From: an uncultured Clostridium sp.
GTDB lineage: Bacteria; Bacillota; Clostridia; Oscillospirales; Acutalibacteraceae
Length of the DNA stretch: 64,000 bases
Direction of reading: 5' to 3'
Assembly: GCA_902471875.1 (NCBI GenBank)
Contig: CABRLN010000004.1
Location: 7,678-71,677 of the forward strand
Position numbers and translations under genes: made by a program
Part shown: piece by piece, positions 50,144 to 60,575 of the stretch
How positions within the stretch are numbered: position 1 is the first letter of the stretch
Layout of the letters: every line of letters starts with the position of its first letter
The notes under the pieces: model-generated
The model's database searches: none
Seen by the model: only the letters and a program-made list of their open reading frames with translations
Told to the model about the DNA's origin: nothing

Positions 50144-51379
50144 ATGGAGGATGAAAGATACGACTCAGAGTTTGAAGATGAGCGTCTTAGAAAACGACAA
50201 GAACAACGCCGTATCAGAAAAAAGAAAGAATTAGCCCGAAGGCGTATGAGAAACAGAATTATAATGATAGTTATAGCGTTATTAGTTCTATTATTTATTA
50301 TACTTGGTATTTCTTCTTGTGTTTCAAGCTGTGCAAGCAAAAGTGCCCAAAATGCTCAAACAAATAATGCAGGTGCCAATTCAACAACACAGCCGCAAAC
50401 GGCTACAGTTGCAGCAGCAACACAATCTTCAACACAGCCTTCTACACAACCCACAAACGCTATTAAAGACAATGGTGAAGATGGCTATGTAACAGACTCT
50501 GGAATTTATATTTGGGATAACAAGGCTTTTGAGATGTTTTACGGTACAACAGACATGGCTCAGACATATGCAAACGCCATATCTCATTACAGACAGCAGC
50601 TTGATAGCTCTATTAACGTTTATAATATGGTGGTTCCAACCCATGTTGCGTTTGGTTTGCCGGACAGACTTGAAAGTAAGGTTGAAAGCAACAGCCAAAG
50701 TGATTATTTAAATGCAATTTATAGCCTTTATAATGCTGATATAAAAAGTGTAAATATTTATGACGCAATGGAACAGCACAAAACAGAATACGAATTTTTT
50801 AACACTGACCACCATTGGACAGCATTAGGTTCTTATTATGCATATCAGGAATTTTGTAAGGTTGCAGGTGAAACACCTGTAGATATTAATAAACTTACTT
50901 CAAAGGAGATTACAGGCTTTGTAGGTTCACTGTACACATCAACAAGTGCAGAGGTTCTTAAAAATCACCCTGACACCGTACAGTATTACGATATGCAAGA
51001 AACATACACAATGAACCTATTGCAGAAGGGCAGCGATGATTTTATTGAGCTTGACAGTATGTACTATCAAGATGCTCAAGCCGGTTCTGAAACTTACGGT
51101 GTATTTATTTGGGGTGATAACCCTATTACAAAAATTGAGAATGCGGATAAAAAGAATGGCAGAAAAATTCTTGTCATTAAAGAATCTTATGGTAATGCTT
51201 TTGTACCTTGGCTTGTAAATAATTATGATGAGGTTCATGCTATTGATTTTAGGCATTACGAAGGTAATGTTGTAAGCTATTGTACAGAAAACGGTATTAC
51301 TGATGTACTGTTTTTAAACGGTGTAATGAGCTCATCCAGCAGCTTTCAAATTGACAGCATGAGTTCGTTATTTGCCTAA
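50144..51379 (+). CDS. DHHW-family membrane-anchored protein (SGNH/AlgX-like, putative acyl-transfer accessory)
   Basis: Literal DHHW motif (FNTDHHWTALG). Arg/Lys-rich cytoplasmic N-terminus, one TM, Q/T-rich linker. Confidence 0.85.
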   Translation: MEDERYDSEFEDERLRKRQEQRRIRKKKELARRRMRNRIIMIVIALLVLLFIILGISSCVSSCASKSAQNAQTNNAGANSTTQPQTATVAAATQSSTQPSTQPTNAIKDNGEDGYVTDSGIYIWDNKAFEMFYGTTDMAQTYANAISHYRQQLDSSINVYNMVVPTHVAFGLPDRLESKVESNSQSDYLNAIYSLYNADIKSVNIYDAMEQHKTEYEFFNTDHHWTALGSYYAYQEFCKVAGETPVDINKLTSKEITGFVGSLYTSTSAEVLKNHPDTVQYYDMQETYTMNLLQKGSDDFIELDSMYYQDAQAGSETYGVFIWGDNPITKIENADKKNGRKILVIKESYGNAFVPWLVNNYDEVHAIDFRHYEGNVVSYCTENGITDVLFLNGVMSSSSSFQIDSMSSLFA

Positions 51380-51486
51380 ACAATTGTTATTTTGTTTATA
51401 AGGTTAAATTAAACATCAGGGCTTGTTTGAAAAATCATGTGATAATGTTTATTATGAACAGAATTGTAAAAAGCAAATAAAAGAAA

Positions 51487-51529
51487 AAAGAGCCTCCTAT
51501 GGTGGAATAATAGAACCATAGGAGGCTTT
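51487..51529. terminator. Bidirectional terminator (DHHW gene + / ydcF-like -)
   Basis: Hairpin AGCCTCCTATGGT-11 nt-ACCATAGGAGGCT, with a strong T-run on the minus strand and a short one on the plus strand. Confidence 0.8.
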
Positions 51530-51682
51530 GCTGTGTCAAAAGAATGCAGAAACATATAGGAGTATTAAAAGTGCTTTAGTTAATAGAAGATTGCATAGTT
51601 ATTGCACAAATATGTATATTTAATTCTATACAATAATTTAAGACAGAAAGCTTGTGCAGAATATTTTATGATAAATAAAATG

Positions 51683-52522
51683 TTACCTGAAAAAAGCATC
51701 ATAAGGTAATCCGAACCACTCTCTTACCCAGAAGGTTGGTAAAAGAATCCAGTTAGTTTCAGCACTTACTGCACCAATGCTGCTTTCAATGCCCAACTTG
51801 CGTGCTATAAGTAAGGCTCTGGCTTGGTGAAAGCCGTCTGATACAATAGCTATGTCTGTATTTTTGTTCTGATTTTTAATAATGTTATATGAATATAAAA
51901 TATTTTCTTGTGTGTTAGTTGCTTTTTCTTCAAGAAATATTCTGTTTTTGTCAATACCGTTTTGTGTAAGTACATTATACATACACTGTGCTTCTGTAAT
52001 GCTTGCTGTATTGCCCAAACCGCCTGTTGCAACACAAATTGCTTTGGGATTATCTTCAAGAAATTTTGTTCCTGCTGTAATCCTGTCATATAATATTAAG
52101 CTTGGGCTTGTACCCTTAACCTGTGCACCAAGTATAATAGCCGAAGCGTTTGTGCTTGGCGGAATACTTGCAAATACAGCCATAAAAATGCTTGTAATAA
52201 AGGCATAAACAGCAAATGTGTAAATTAGAAAACGTCCTGTTTTCCACAATATTTTAGTAAATGTATTTTGGTAAAACTTATTTCTAAGCTTTTTAAACAA
52301 GGGTTTGGCACCAAAATAGACAATAACAAACAAGCTCATTATTATTCCGAATAAATTATAAGGATTTATAATTCCGTAAATTATAAAAGGCAGTATAAAC
52401 CAAATTAAGAAAATTGAACCTATTATTACCATAGCTGTTCTAAAAATTGTGAATATTGCTGATGTTTTGTGTTTAGAATTTTTTATTTCAGATGAAGCTG
52501 AAGTTTGAATTTCTTGTACCAT
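51683..52522 (-). CDS. YdcF/ElyC/SanA family protein (DUF218) with N-terminal TM segments
   Basis: DUF218 blocks ILGAQVKG...TGGLG...EAQCM...TNTQEN...IVSDGFHQARA. I prefer the MVQEIQ start after an AGGAGG SD. Confidence 0.85.
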   Translation of the reverse strand: MVQEIQTSASSEIKNSKHKTSAIFTIFRTAMVIIGSIFLIWFILPFIIYGIINPYNLFGIIMSLFVIVYFGAKPLFKKLRNKFYQNTFTKILWKTGRFLIYTFAVYAFITSIFMAVFASIPPSTNASAIILGAQVKGTSPSLILYDRITAGTKFLEDNPKAICVATGGLGNTASITEAQCMYNVLTQNGIDKNRIFLEEKATNTQENILYSYNIIKNQNKNTDIAIVSDGFHQARALLIARKLGIESSIGAVSAETNWILLPTFWVREWFGLPYDAFFR

Positions 52523-52703
52523 AATAAACCTCCTGTATGTTATATAATACCACATAAATATAATTTAATATTATTGTATCATACCGCTTTAATGAATACA
52601 ATTAATGACAATATTATTTACATATTATACATAAATTCTACAAATTGTTTTAGGAGGCAACGACTGCATTAAATTATATTTGCAGAAAAATATATGCAGA
52701 AAT

Positions 52704-52740
52704 AAACCGTGGCTGTTGTATATAACGACAGCCACGGTTT
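52704..52740 (-). terminator. Intrinsic terminator after amidohydrolase gene
   Basis: 13-bp perfect stem AAACCGTGGCTGT/ACAGCCACGGTTT, T-rich downstream on the minus strand. Confidence 0.85.
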
Positions 52741-52755
52741 AATATATAAATTTAA

Positions 52756-53586
52756 TTACAATCTGTTTTCAAGGAGTTTTTCTAACTTAAAAATTTTAAC
52801 AGCATTTTTGTACATAAGCATATCATATTCTTCATTGGTTAGAAGTTCTTTTAATTCATTAAAATATTGCTGATAAAGCGAACGTTCACCTTTTGGGGTT
52901 ACACCCAGTGTGTCGGTTCCGTCAATAGGATTGTCAGTGCCAAACATAATTTTGTCTGAACCGCATTCTTTAATTGCCTGTATAGTAGACTCTACAGGTA
53001 CCCAAGCTGTGTCGCCGTAAAGATTTTTTTGCTTTTTTATTAGCTTAATAGCCTCTTGATTGTCAGTGCCAAGTCCCATATGCCCCATTATAAAGTTTAC
53101 CTTAGGGTATTTAACAGCCATTTCGTAAACGCTTTCACAACATGATTCTGTCGAATTTCCTGTATGTGTAAGTATTGGCAGATTAAAGCTTTCGGCAAGC
53201 TTAATATATTCCTCTACCTGCGGTGAATTAAAATTAATAAATGAGTGTACAGGGTGAATTTTAATTCCCACGGTAATGTCTGAATTTTCTTTTATCATTG
53301 CACTTAGCTTTGTGGTAACACCCTCGTAGTGAGGCTTTACCCATGGCATAACTGCAATTTTTTTAGGGTGCTTTCGTGCAAATTCTATAGTATCAGCATA
53401 AGTAACCTCCTGAGATTTTTGTACAGTGTATGGTAAGGATTTGCTTTCGTGGTCAAAAGACGCAGCTTCGCAGTTAGAGCAAATTGAAAAGTCTATTCCG
53501 TATTTGTCCATAGACTTAATAAGATTTTCAGGCGGCATATGAAAATTCATAATACAACCAATGTGTGAGTGCACATCAATAATCAT
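52756..53586 (-). CDS. Metal-dependent amidohydrolase-family (TIM-barrel) hydrolase
   Basis: IIDVHSHIG metal motif, HTG, GHMG, FGTDNP. I prefer the ATG at 53586 after an AGGAG SD. Confidence 0.8.
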   Translation of the reverse strand: MIIDVHSHIGCIMNFHMPPENLIKSMDKYGIDFSICSNCEAASFDHESKSLPYTVQKSQEVTYADTIEFARKHPKKIAVMPWVKPHYEGVTTKLSAMIKENSDITVGIKIHPVHSFINFNSPQVEEYIKLAESFNLPILTHTGNSTESCCESVYEMAVKYPKVNFIMGHMGLGTDNQEAIKLIKKQKNLYGDTAWVPVESTIQAIKECGSDKIMFGTDNPIDGTDTLGVTPKGERSLYQQYFNELKELLTNEEYDMLMYKNAVKIFKLEKLLENRL

Positions 53587-53741
53587 AAAAATCACTCCTG
53601 TAAATTTTAATAATTCGTATTATTTTAATTTTACCGTTGTACAACCATATTATATCATTAAACCTGTAAAAATCAATTCTGTTTGAAAATAAGGTATATA
53701 TTGGATGTATAATTGTTAAAATTAAAATAATGTAAAATTTG

Positions 53742-53770
53742 TTGACAATTGAATGTGTGAGGTATATAAT
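53742..53770 (+). promoter_or_regulatory. Sigma-A promoter of the trp operon
   Basis: TTGACA (53742-53747), 17-nt spacer, TATAAT (53765-53770). Confidence 0.85.
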
Positions 53771-53776
53771 GTTAAC

Positions 53777-54052
53777 AAATGATAATATTTTAAACCTGTG
53801 AGCAGGAGTAGTAACAGTGCTTTATAAGGTACAAAGAGAGTTTTGCATTTGGTGTAAGCAAAATTGCCTGTAACCTGTGAATGGACCTGTGAGGGCGACC
53901 CGAAATTTTTAAAAGTAGGCGTTGACGGCTACCTTGTCGTTAAAAAAGGAGCGTATGTTAGTACGTGATGAGTGGATGCTTTGGCGTCAATTTGGGTGGT
54001 ACCGCAGAAGTTTTGCTTTTGTCCCTTAGTTGTAGGGATAAAGGCTTTTTTT
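53777..54052 (+). ncRNA. T-box leader riboswitch, tryptophan (UGG) specifier
   Basis: AGAGA box (53835-53839), specifier-loop context GAA-UGG-A (UGG at 53882-53884), AGUA-type element, conserved T-box AAUUUGGGUGGUACCGC (53989-54005), and a terminator/antiterminator arrangement directly upstream of trpE. Confidence 0.9.
54015..54052 (+). terminator. T-box expression-platform terminator
   Basis: 12-bp stem GCUUUUGUCCCU/AGGGAUAAAGGC (two G-U pairs), 7-nt loop, then T7. Confidence 0.85.
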
Positions 54053-54082
54053 ATTGTCAAATTTTAGAAAGGAGAGTATAAA

Positions 54083-55543
54083 ATGTTTAAACCGGGTTTT
54101 GAAGAAATTATGGAATTAGCAGAATCTTATGATGTTATTCCAATCACAAAAGAGATATATGCAGACATTAGTACACCAATTACATTGTTAAGAAAAATAT
54201 CTGCTATATCAAAAAGATATTACTTGCTTGAAAGTATTGAGGGCGGCGAAAAATGGGGTAGATATTCGTTTATAGGTTTTGACCCTAAATCTAGAATTTA
54301 TTATAAGCAGGGCAAAGTTGTTATTGAAGGTGAAGGCGCAAAAGAGGTTGTTACTGACAAACCTTTTGATGTGGTAAGAGAATTTTTAAAGAATTATAAA
54401 ACACCAAAGTTTGAAAATATACCTCCTTTTACAGGTGGTTTAGTAGGTTACTTTGGTTATAGTATGATAGCTGTTGCAGAGCCTGTTTTAAAGCTGCGTG
54501 ACAGTCAGTTTAACGATTTTGACTTAATGTTTTTTGACAAGGTTGTTGCTTATGACCACCTTACACAAAAAATAAGCGTTATAGTTAATATGAAAACATA
54601 TGACCCGCAGCGACAGTATAAAAAAGCTTGTTACGATATTGAAAATATAATTTCTATTATTACCGAACAAAAACCTCTGCCAAAAACAGAACCATATAAA
54701 AATGTAGAGTTTAAGTCAAATATGACAGAAGAAGAATTTTGTCAAATGGTTGAAAAAACAAAAGAGTATATTTACGACGGAGATATTTTTCAGTGTGTTG
54801 TTTCAAGACGATTTGAAACAGAATATCAGGGCAATTTGATAGATGCTTACAGGGTTTTGCGTGTTACTAACCCGTCACCTTATATGGTTTATATGATGTG
54901 TGACGGAAACGAGATTATAAGCACATCACCTGAAACTCTTGTAAGGCTAAAAAACGGCAGACTTTCAACATATCCTGTTGCAGGCTCAAGACCAAGAGGA
55001 AAAACAAAAGCTGCTGATGATGCCCTTGAAAAAGATTTGCTTAGTGACGAAAAAGAACTTGCTGAGCATAATATGCTTGTTGACCTAGGCAGAAATGATA
55101 TTGGCAAAATTTCTAAAATAGACTCAGTAGAAGTTACAGCTTACCAGGTAATTAACAGATATTCAAAAATTATGCATATTGCCTCAGAGGTTGAAGGTAA
55201 TATAAGAGATGATAAAGACGCTTTTGATGCTGTTGAAGCAGTATTGCCGGCGGGTACGCTTTCGGGTGCGCCTAAGATAAGAGCCTGCGAGATTATTGAA
55301 GAGCTTGAGCAATATCCAAGAGGTATTTATGGCGGTGCATTAGGATATGTTGACTTTAACGGCAATCTTGACGTTGCTATTGCTATAAGAATGGCAGTAA
55401 AAAAAGAAAATAAGGTTTATGTTCAGGCAGGTGCAGGCATTGTTGCAGACAGTGTACCACATTCTGAATATCTTGAAACCTACAATAAGGCACTGGCTGT
55501 TATGAACGCTGTTAAAAATGCAGCGACAGCAGAGCTGCCGTAA
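54083..55543 (+). CDS. trpE: Anthranilate synthase component I
   Basis: LLESIEGGEKWGRYSF, NPSPYM, GTLSGAPKIRA, RGIYGGALGY. Confidence 0.97.
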   Translation: MFKPGFEEIMELAESYDVIPITKEIYADISTPITLLRKISAISKRYYLLESIEGGEKWGRYSFIGFDPKSRIYYKQGKVVIEGEGAKEVVTDKPFDVVREFLKNYKTPKFENIPPFTGGLVGYFGYSMIAVAEPVLKLRDSQFNDFDLMFFDKVVAYDHLTQKISVIVNMKTYDPQRQYKKACYDIENIISIITEQKPLPKTEPYKNVEFKSNMTEEEFCQMVEKTKEYIYDGDIFQCVVSRRFETEYQGNLIDAYRVLRVTNPSPYMVYMMCDGNEIISTSPETLVRLKNGRLSTYPVAGSRPRGKTKAADDALEKDLLSDEKELAEHNMLVDLGRNDIGKISKIDSVEVTAYQVINRYSKIMHIASEVEGNIRDDKDAFDAVEAVLPAGTLSGAPKIRACEIIEELEQYPRGIYGGALGYVDFNGNLDVAIAIRMAVKKENKVYVQAGAGIVADSVPHSEYLETYNKALAVMNAVKNAATAELP

Positions 55544-55561
55544 GGAAAAGAGGTATTATTT

Positions 55562-56134
55562 ATGATATTGTTAATTGACAACTACGACAGCTTTTCCTAC
55601 AATTTGGTTCAAGTTGCAGGCAGCGTAGAAAGCGATATACAGGTTTTTAGAAACGATAAAATAACAGTTGATGAAATAAGAAGGCTTAATCCTTCACATA
55701 TTATTTTGTCACCTGGCCCGGGTTATCCTAAAGACGCCGGAATATGTGAAGATGTTGTAAAAGAACTTAAGGGCGAATATCCTATTCTTGGTGTTTGTTT
55801 GGGGCACCAGGCAATTTGCGAGGTGTTTGGTGCAGATATAACCCATGCAGTAAAGCTTATGCATGGCAAACAAAGCCAAGTTACGGTTGATACAAGCTGC
55901 AAACTTTTTGACGGCTTACCAAAAGAAATTGCAGTTGCTCGTTATCACTCGTTGGTTGCATCAAATCTTCCTGAAGATTTGATTGTAACCTCAACCGATA
56001 CCGAAAACGGTGAGGTTATGGCAGTTAAGCATAAAAATTACGAAATTTATGGACTTCAATTTCATCCCGAGTCCATATTAACGCCTACAGGTAAAACAAT
56101 GCTGGAAAACTTTATACGAAAGGTTGGTAAGTAA
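55562..56134 (+). CDS. trpG: Anthranilate synthase component II (glutamine amidotransferase)
   Basis: ILLIDNYDSFSYNL, GVCLGHQ catalytic Cys, LQFHPES. Confidence 0.97.
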   Translation: MILLIDNYDSFSYNLVQVAGSVESDIQVFRNDKITVDEIRRLNPSHIILSPGPGYPKDAGICEDVVKELKGEYPILGVCLGHQAICEVFGADITHAVKLMHGKQSQVTVDTSCKLFDGLPKEIAVARYHSLVASNLPEDLIVTSTDTENGEVMAVKHKNYEIYGLQFHPESILTPTGKTMLENFIRKVGK

Positions 56135-56135
56135 A

Positions 56136-57152
56136 ATGATTAAAGAAGCAATAAGCAAAGTAATAAACAGTCAAGACCTGTCTTTTGAAGAAACACAAGC
56201 AGTTATGACAGAAATTATGACAGGTAATGCCACAAATGCACAAATTGCGTCATTTTTAACAGCATTAAGAATGAAGGGTGAAACTATAGAAGAAATTACT
56301 GCTTGTGCAAAGGTTATGAGAGAGGTTGGAGTACAACTGAAACACACAGGTGATGTTCTTGAAATTGTTGGTACCGGCGGTGACGAAGCCTTTACTTTTA
56401 ATATTTCTTCTGTATCATCGGTAGTTACGGCAGCAGCCGGTGTACCAACCGCAAAGCATGGCAACAGAAGTGTGTCAAGCAAATGCGGTGCGGCAGATGT
56501 TTTTGAAACTCTTGGCGTTAAGCTTGACATAACAGCTCAACAAAACGAACAGGTACTTAAAAATACCGATATTTGTTTTATGTTTGCACCTATTTACCAT
56601 GGTGCTATGAAATACGCTGCACCTGTAAGAAAAGAAATTGCTACCCGTACTATTTTTAATATTTTAGGACCTTTAGCTAACCCTGCTTCAGCAACAATGC
56701 AGTTAATGGGAGTTTATAGTGAAGAGCTTGTAGGCCCAATGGCACAGGTACTTAAAAACTTAGGTGTAGAAAACGGTATGGTTGTTTACGGTCAGGACGG
56801 TATTGACGAGGTGTCTTTGGTTGCTAAAACAACAGCTTGCGAAATTAAGAATGGAAAAATTACAAGGTTACAAATTAACCCTAAAGATTACGGCTTTACA
56901 CTTTGCTCTAAAGAGGATTTAGTTGGTGGTAACCCTCAGGAAAACGCTAAAATTACTAAAGATATTTTAAACGGAGTAAAAGGTGCGAAAAGAGATGTTG
57001 TACTGTTAAACAGTGGTATTGCACTTTACATTGCAGGCAAGGCGGACAATATTGCAAGCGGTATTAAACTGGCAGCAGAAACTATTGACAGCGGTAAAGC
57101 GAAAGCTAAGCTGGAAGAATTTATAAAGGCTACAAGCGAGGTGTGTCAATGA
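56136..57152 (+). CDS. trpD: Anthranilate phosphoribosyltransferase
   Basis: GTGGDEAFTFNIS, KHGNRSVSSKCGAADV, FNILGPLANP. ATG 56136 lies 1 nt after the trpG stop. Confidence 0.96.
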   Translation: MIKEAISKVINSQDLSFEETQAVMTEIMTGNATNAQIASFLTALRMKGETIEEITACAKVMREVGVQLKHTGDVLEIVGTGGDEAFTFNISSVSSVVTAAAGVPTAKHGNRSVSSKCGAADVFETLGVKLDITAQQNEQVLKNTDICFMFAPIYHGAMKYAAPVRKEIATRTIFNILGPLANPASATMQLMGVYSEELVGPMAQVLKNLGVENGMVVYGQDGIDEVSLVAKTTACEIKNGKITRLQINPKDYGFTLCSKEDLVGGNPQENAKITKDILNGVKGAKRDVVLLNSGIALYIAGKADNIASGIKLAAETIDSGKAKAKLEEFIKATSEVCQ

Positions 57153-57946
57153 GCGATAAAATATTAGACACATTGGCAGAATGTACCAAAAAGCGTATTG
57201 AAAAGAATAAACAAGAGTTGCCTTTTGAAGAGTTAAAGAAAAAAGCCTTGGCAATGAACTGCAATACAGGCTTCCCTTTTGAACAGGCGTTAAAAAAAGA
57301 TGGTATGTCATTTATTTGTGAAATTAAGAAGGCATCACCTTCTAAAGGGGTAATTGCAGAAGAATTTCCATATAAAGAAATTGCAAAAGAATATCAAAAT
57401 GCAGGTGCAAGTGCTATTTCAATTCTTACCGAAACTGATTATTTTTTAGGCTGTGATAAATATGTTGAAGATGTTAGTGAAATAGTTAATATACCTATTA
57501 TACGCAAGGACTTTACTGTTGATGAATATATGATTTATCAGGCAAAGGTAATGGGGGCGTCTGCTGTTCTTCTTATTTGTGCATTGCTTGATACTGAAAC
57601 GATTAAAAGATATATTACTGTATGCGACAGCCTTGGCTTGTCGGCGTTGGTAGAAGCACACGACAGTGACGAAATTAAGTCAGCAATAAATGCAGGCGCA
57701 AGAATTATAGGAGTAAATAACCGTAATCTTAAAAATTTTACTGTTAATATAAATAACAGTACTAACCTGCGTAAGCTTGTACCAAAGAATATTATTTTTG
57801 TAGCAGAAAGCGGTATTAAATCACCGCAGGACGTAGAAAAACTTAAAAAAGCTGACGTAAACGCTGTGCTAATTGGCGAAACCTTTATGCGCAGCAATAA
57901 CAAAAAAGAAATGCTTGTTGCTTTAAACGGCGGTGAGCTAAAATGA
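57149..57946 (+). CDS. trpC: Indole-3-glycerol phosphate synthase
   Basis: ICEIKKASPSKG, ISILTE, IIRKDF, VNNRNL, ESGI. ATGA overlap with the trpD stop. Confidence 0.95.
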   Translation: MSDKILDTLAECTKKRIEKNKQELPFEELKKKALAMNCNTGFPFEQALKKDGMSFICEIKKASPSKGVIAEEFPYKEIAKEYQNAGASAISILTETDYFLGCDKYVEDVSEIVNIPIIRKDFTVDEYMIYQAKVMGASAVLLICALLDTETIKRYITVCDSLGLSALVEAHDSDEIKSAINAGARIIGVNNRNLKNFTVNINNSTNLRKLVPKNIIFVAESGIKSPQDVEKLKKADVNAVLIGETFMRSNNKKEMLVALNGGELK

Positions 57947-58557
57947 GCTTGGTAAAAATATGTGGTTTAAGCCGTGAATGTGACATTGATTATGCTAATA
58001 AATACAAGCCGGACTATATTGGCTTTGTGTTTTCAAAAAGCAAACGTCAGGTTACACCACAGCAAGCACAACTGTTAAAGCAAAGACTTGATAACACTAT
58101 AAAGTCAGTGGGAGTTTTTGTAAATGAACCTGTTGAATTTATCGAAGAACTTTGCAGTAAGAAAATAATTGATATTGTACAGCTTCATGGTGACGAAGAT
58201 AATGAATATATTAACAGGTTGAAAGAACTGACAACCGCCGTTATAATAAAAGCGGTTAGGGTACAGAGCAGCAGTCAGGTTTTGCAATCAGAGAAGCTTA
58301 ACTGCGACTATTTGCTGCTGGATGCTTACTCAAAATCGTCATACGGCGGTTTGGGTGAAACTTTTAACTGGAGTTTAATTCCAAAGCTGTCAAAGCCGTT
58401 TTTTCTTGCAGGAGGTTTAAAAGCAGAAAACATCGGCAAAGCAATACAGACAGTAAAACCCTATTGTGTTGATTTAAGCAGTGGTGCAGAAACCAACGGA
58501 TATAAAGATGAGGAAAAAATAAAAATTATTATAGACAGGGTTAGGAGGACAAAGTAA
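57943..58557 (+). CDS. trpF: Phosphoribosylanthranilate isomerase
   Basis: VKICGL, GFVF..SKR, VQLHGDE, LLDA...GG.G..F.W, LAGGL. ATGA overlap with trpC. Confidence 0.95.
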   Translation: MSLVKICGLSRECDIDYANKYKPDYIGFVFSKSKRQVTPQQAQLLKQRLDNTIKSVGVFVNEPVEFIEELCSKKIIDIVQLHGDEDNEYINRLKELTTAVIIKAVRVQSSSQVLQSEKLNCDYLLLDAYSKSSYGGLGETFNWSLIPKLSKPFFLAGGLKAENIGKAIQTVKPYCVDLSSGAETNGYKDEEKIKIIIDRVRRTK

Positions 58558-59742
58558 ATGTCAAAAGGATTATTTGGTAATCATGGCGGACAGTTTATTC
58601 CTGAAACACTTATGAATGCCGTAATAGAGTTGGAAGAAGCGTATAATCATTATAAAAATGACCCGGAATTTCAAAGTGAGCTTACAGAACTTTTAAATGA
58701 ATATGCCGGCAGGCCTTCAAGACTTTATTATGCAGAAAAAATGACAAAAGACCTTGGCGGTGCCAAAATTTATTTAAAAAGAGAAGACCTTAATCATACA
58801 GGCTCACATAAACTTAATAATGTGCTTGGTCAGTGCTTGCTGGCAAAAAAGATGGGCAAAACAAGAGTTATTGCAGAAACAGGTGCAGGTCAGCACGGTG
58901 TTGCCACTGCTACAGTTGCGGCTCTTATGGGTATGAAATGTAAAATTTATATGGGAAAAGAAGACACAGTGCGTCAGGCACTTAATGTTTACCGTATGCG
59001 CTTGCTTGGGGCAGAGGTTGAAGCTGTAACCAGCGGTACTATGACCTTGAAGGATGCTGTAAACGAAACCCTGCGTGAGTGGAGTAGCCGTATAAGCGAT
59101 ACGCACTATGTGCTTGGTTCTGTTATGGGTCCTCATCCTTTCCCTACTATTGTGCGTGACTTCCAAAGTGTAATCAGTAAAGAAATAAAGGAGCAAATGC
59201 TTGAAAAAGAGGGCAGGCTGCCTGATGTTGTTATGGCGTGTGTCGGAGGCGGCAGTAACGCTATGGGTGCTTTCTATAATTTTATTGATGATAAAGCTGT
59301 TCGTCTTATTGGCTGTGAGGCAGCAGGTAAAGGGGCGGATACATCGCTTACAGCAGCTACAATGGCTGTAGGTACAGTTGGTGTGTTCCACGGTATGAAG
59401 TCATATTTCTGTCAGGACGAATATGGTCAGATTGCACCTGTTTATTCAATTTCAGCGGGTCTTGATTACCCGGGTATAGGACCGGAGCACGCATATTTAA
59501 GGGACATTGGCAGGGCAGAATATGTGCCTGTAACAGACGATGAAGCTGTTAACGCTTTTGAATATCTTTCAAGAACAGAGGGTATTATTCCTGCTATTGA
59601 AAGCTCGCATGCAATTGCTCATGCAATAAAGCTTGCACCAACTTTAGATAAGAATAAGATTATAGTTATTAATGTTTCTGGTCGCGGAGACAAGGATGTG
59701 GCTGCTATAGCCAGATACAGAGGGGAGGATTTGTATGAGTAA
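58558..59742 (+). CDS. trpB: Tryptophan synthase beta chain
   Basis: [16 protein letters not shown] (PLP Lys), [18 protein letters not shown]. Confidence 0.98.
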   Translation: MSKGLFGNHGGQFIPETLMNAVIELEEAYNHYKNDPEFQSELTELLNEYAGRPSRLYYAEKMTKDLGGAKIYLKREDLNHTGSHKLNNVLGQCLLAKKMGKTRVIAETGAGQHGVATATVAALMGMKCKIYMGKEDTVRQALNVYRMRLLGAEVEAVTSGTMTLKDAVNETLREWSSRISDTHYVLGSVMGPHPFPTIVRDFQSVISKEIKEQMLEKEGRLPDVVMACVGGGSNAMGAFYNFIDDKAVRLIGCEAAGKGADTSLTAATMAVGTVGVFHGMKSYFCQDEYGQIAPVYSISAGLDYPGIGPEHAYLRDIGRAEYVPVTDDEAVNAFEYLSRTEGIIPAIESSHAIAHAIKLAPTLDKNKIIVINVSGRGDKDVAAIARYRGEDLYE

Positions 59743-60511
59743 TACAGCTAAGGCTTTTGCAAATGGCAAGGCATTTATACCTTTTATTACTGCGGGTGAC
59801 CCTGATTTAGCGGTTACAAAAGAGATAATTTTTTCAATGGTTAAAGCAGGTGCAGATCTTATTGAAATAGGAATTCCGTTTTCAGACCCTGTAGCTGAAG
59901 GTACGGTTATTCAAGAGGCAGACCTAAGGGCATTAAAGGCAGGTACAACTACTGACAAAATTTTTAATATGGTTGCTGAGGTAAGAAAAGAGACTGATAT
60001 ACCTCTTGCCTTTATGACATATATGAATCCTGTGTTTGTTTATGGTACTGAAAGATTTTGCAAAAAATGTGCCGATGTTAAAATTGATGCACTTATTGTA
60101 CCTGACGTACCTTATGAAGAAAAGAACGAAATTGCACCATACTGTGAAAAATACGGGATAGACGTAATTTCACTTATTGCACCAACCTCTAACGACAGAA
60201 TAAGGACTATTGCAAAAGAAGCACAGGGCTTTGTTTATTGCGTTTCATCAATGGGCGTTACAGGTGTTCGTAGCAAAATTACTACAAATATTGGAGAAAT
60301 GACATCGTTGGTAAAAGAGGTAAGCAATATTCCTACAGCTATCGGTTTTGGTATATCAACAACACAGCAGGCAAAAGATATGGCACAATATGCAGATGGA
60401 GTAATCGTGGGCAGTGCAATTGTAAAAATATGTGCAAAGTACGGTGCTGATTGTGTACCTCATGTTTACGATTATGTAAAGCAAATGAAGGACGCTATAA
60501 GAAATTTGTAA
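59735..60511 (+). CDS. trpA: Tryptophan synthase alpha chain
   Basis: [38 protein letters not shown]. Overlaps the trpB end by 8 nt. Confidence 0.96.
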   Translation: MSNTAKAFANGKAFIPFITAGDPDLAVTKEIIFSMVKAGADLIEIGIPFSDPVAEGTVIQEADLRALKAGTTTDKIFNMVAEVRKETDIPLAFMTYMNPVFVYGTERFCKKCADVKIDALIVPDVPYEEKNEIAPYCEKYGIDVISLIAPTSNDRIRTIAKEAQGFVYCVSSMGVTGVRSKITTNIGEMTSLVKEVSNIPTAIGFGISTTQQAKDMAQYADGVIVGSAIVKICAKYGADCVPHVYDYVKQMKDAIRNL

Positions 60512-60517
60512 TTAATG

Positions 60518-60559
60518 TACACCTCGTTAGTTGTCAAATCAGCTTATGAGGTGTATTTT
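60518..60559 (+). terminator. Possible weak terminator/attenuator hairpin after trpA
   Basis: 10-bp stem TACACCTCGT/ATGAGGTGTA with a large 18-nt loop, then TTTT. The next SD begins only about 4 nt later. Confidence 0.4.
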
Positions 60560-60575
60560 CAAAAGGAGAGCACAT

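Noticed and set aside
58804-59391. 195-aa ORF antisense to trpB.
   Set aside because: It lies entirely inside a highly conserved trpB. Its composition (Cys, His and Thr rich, no motifs) is typical of antisense frames, and it has no SD or promoter.
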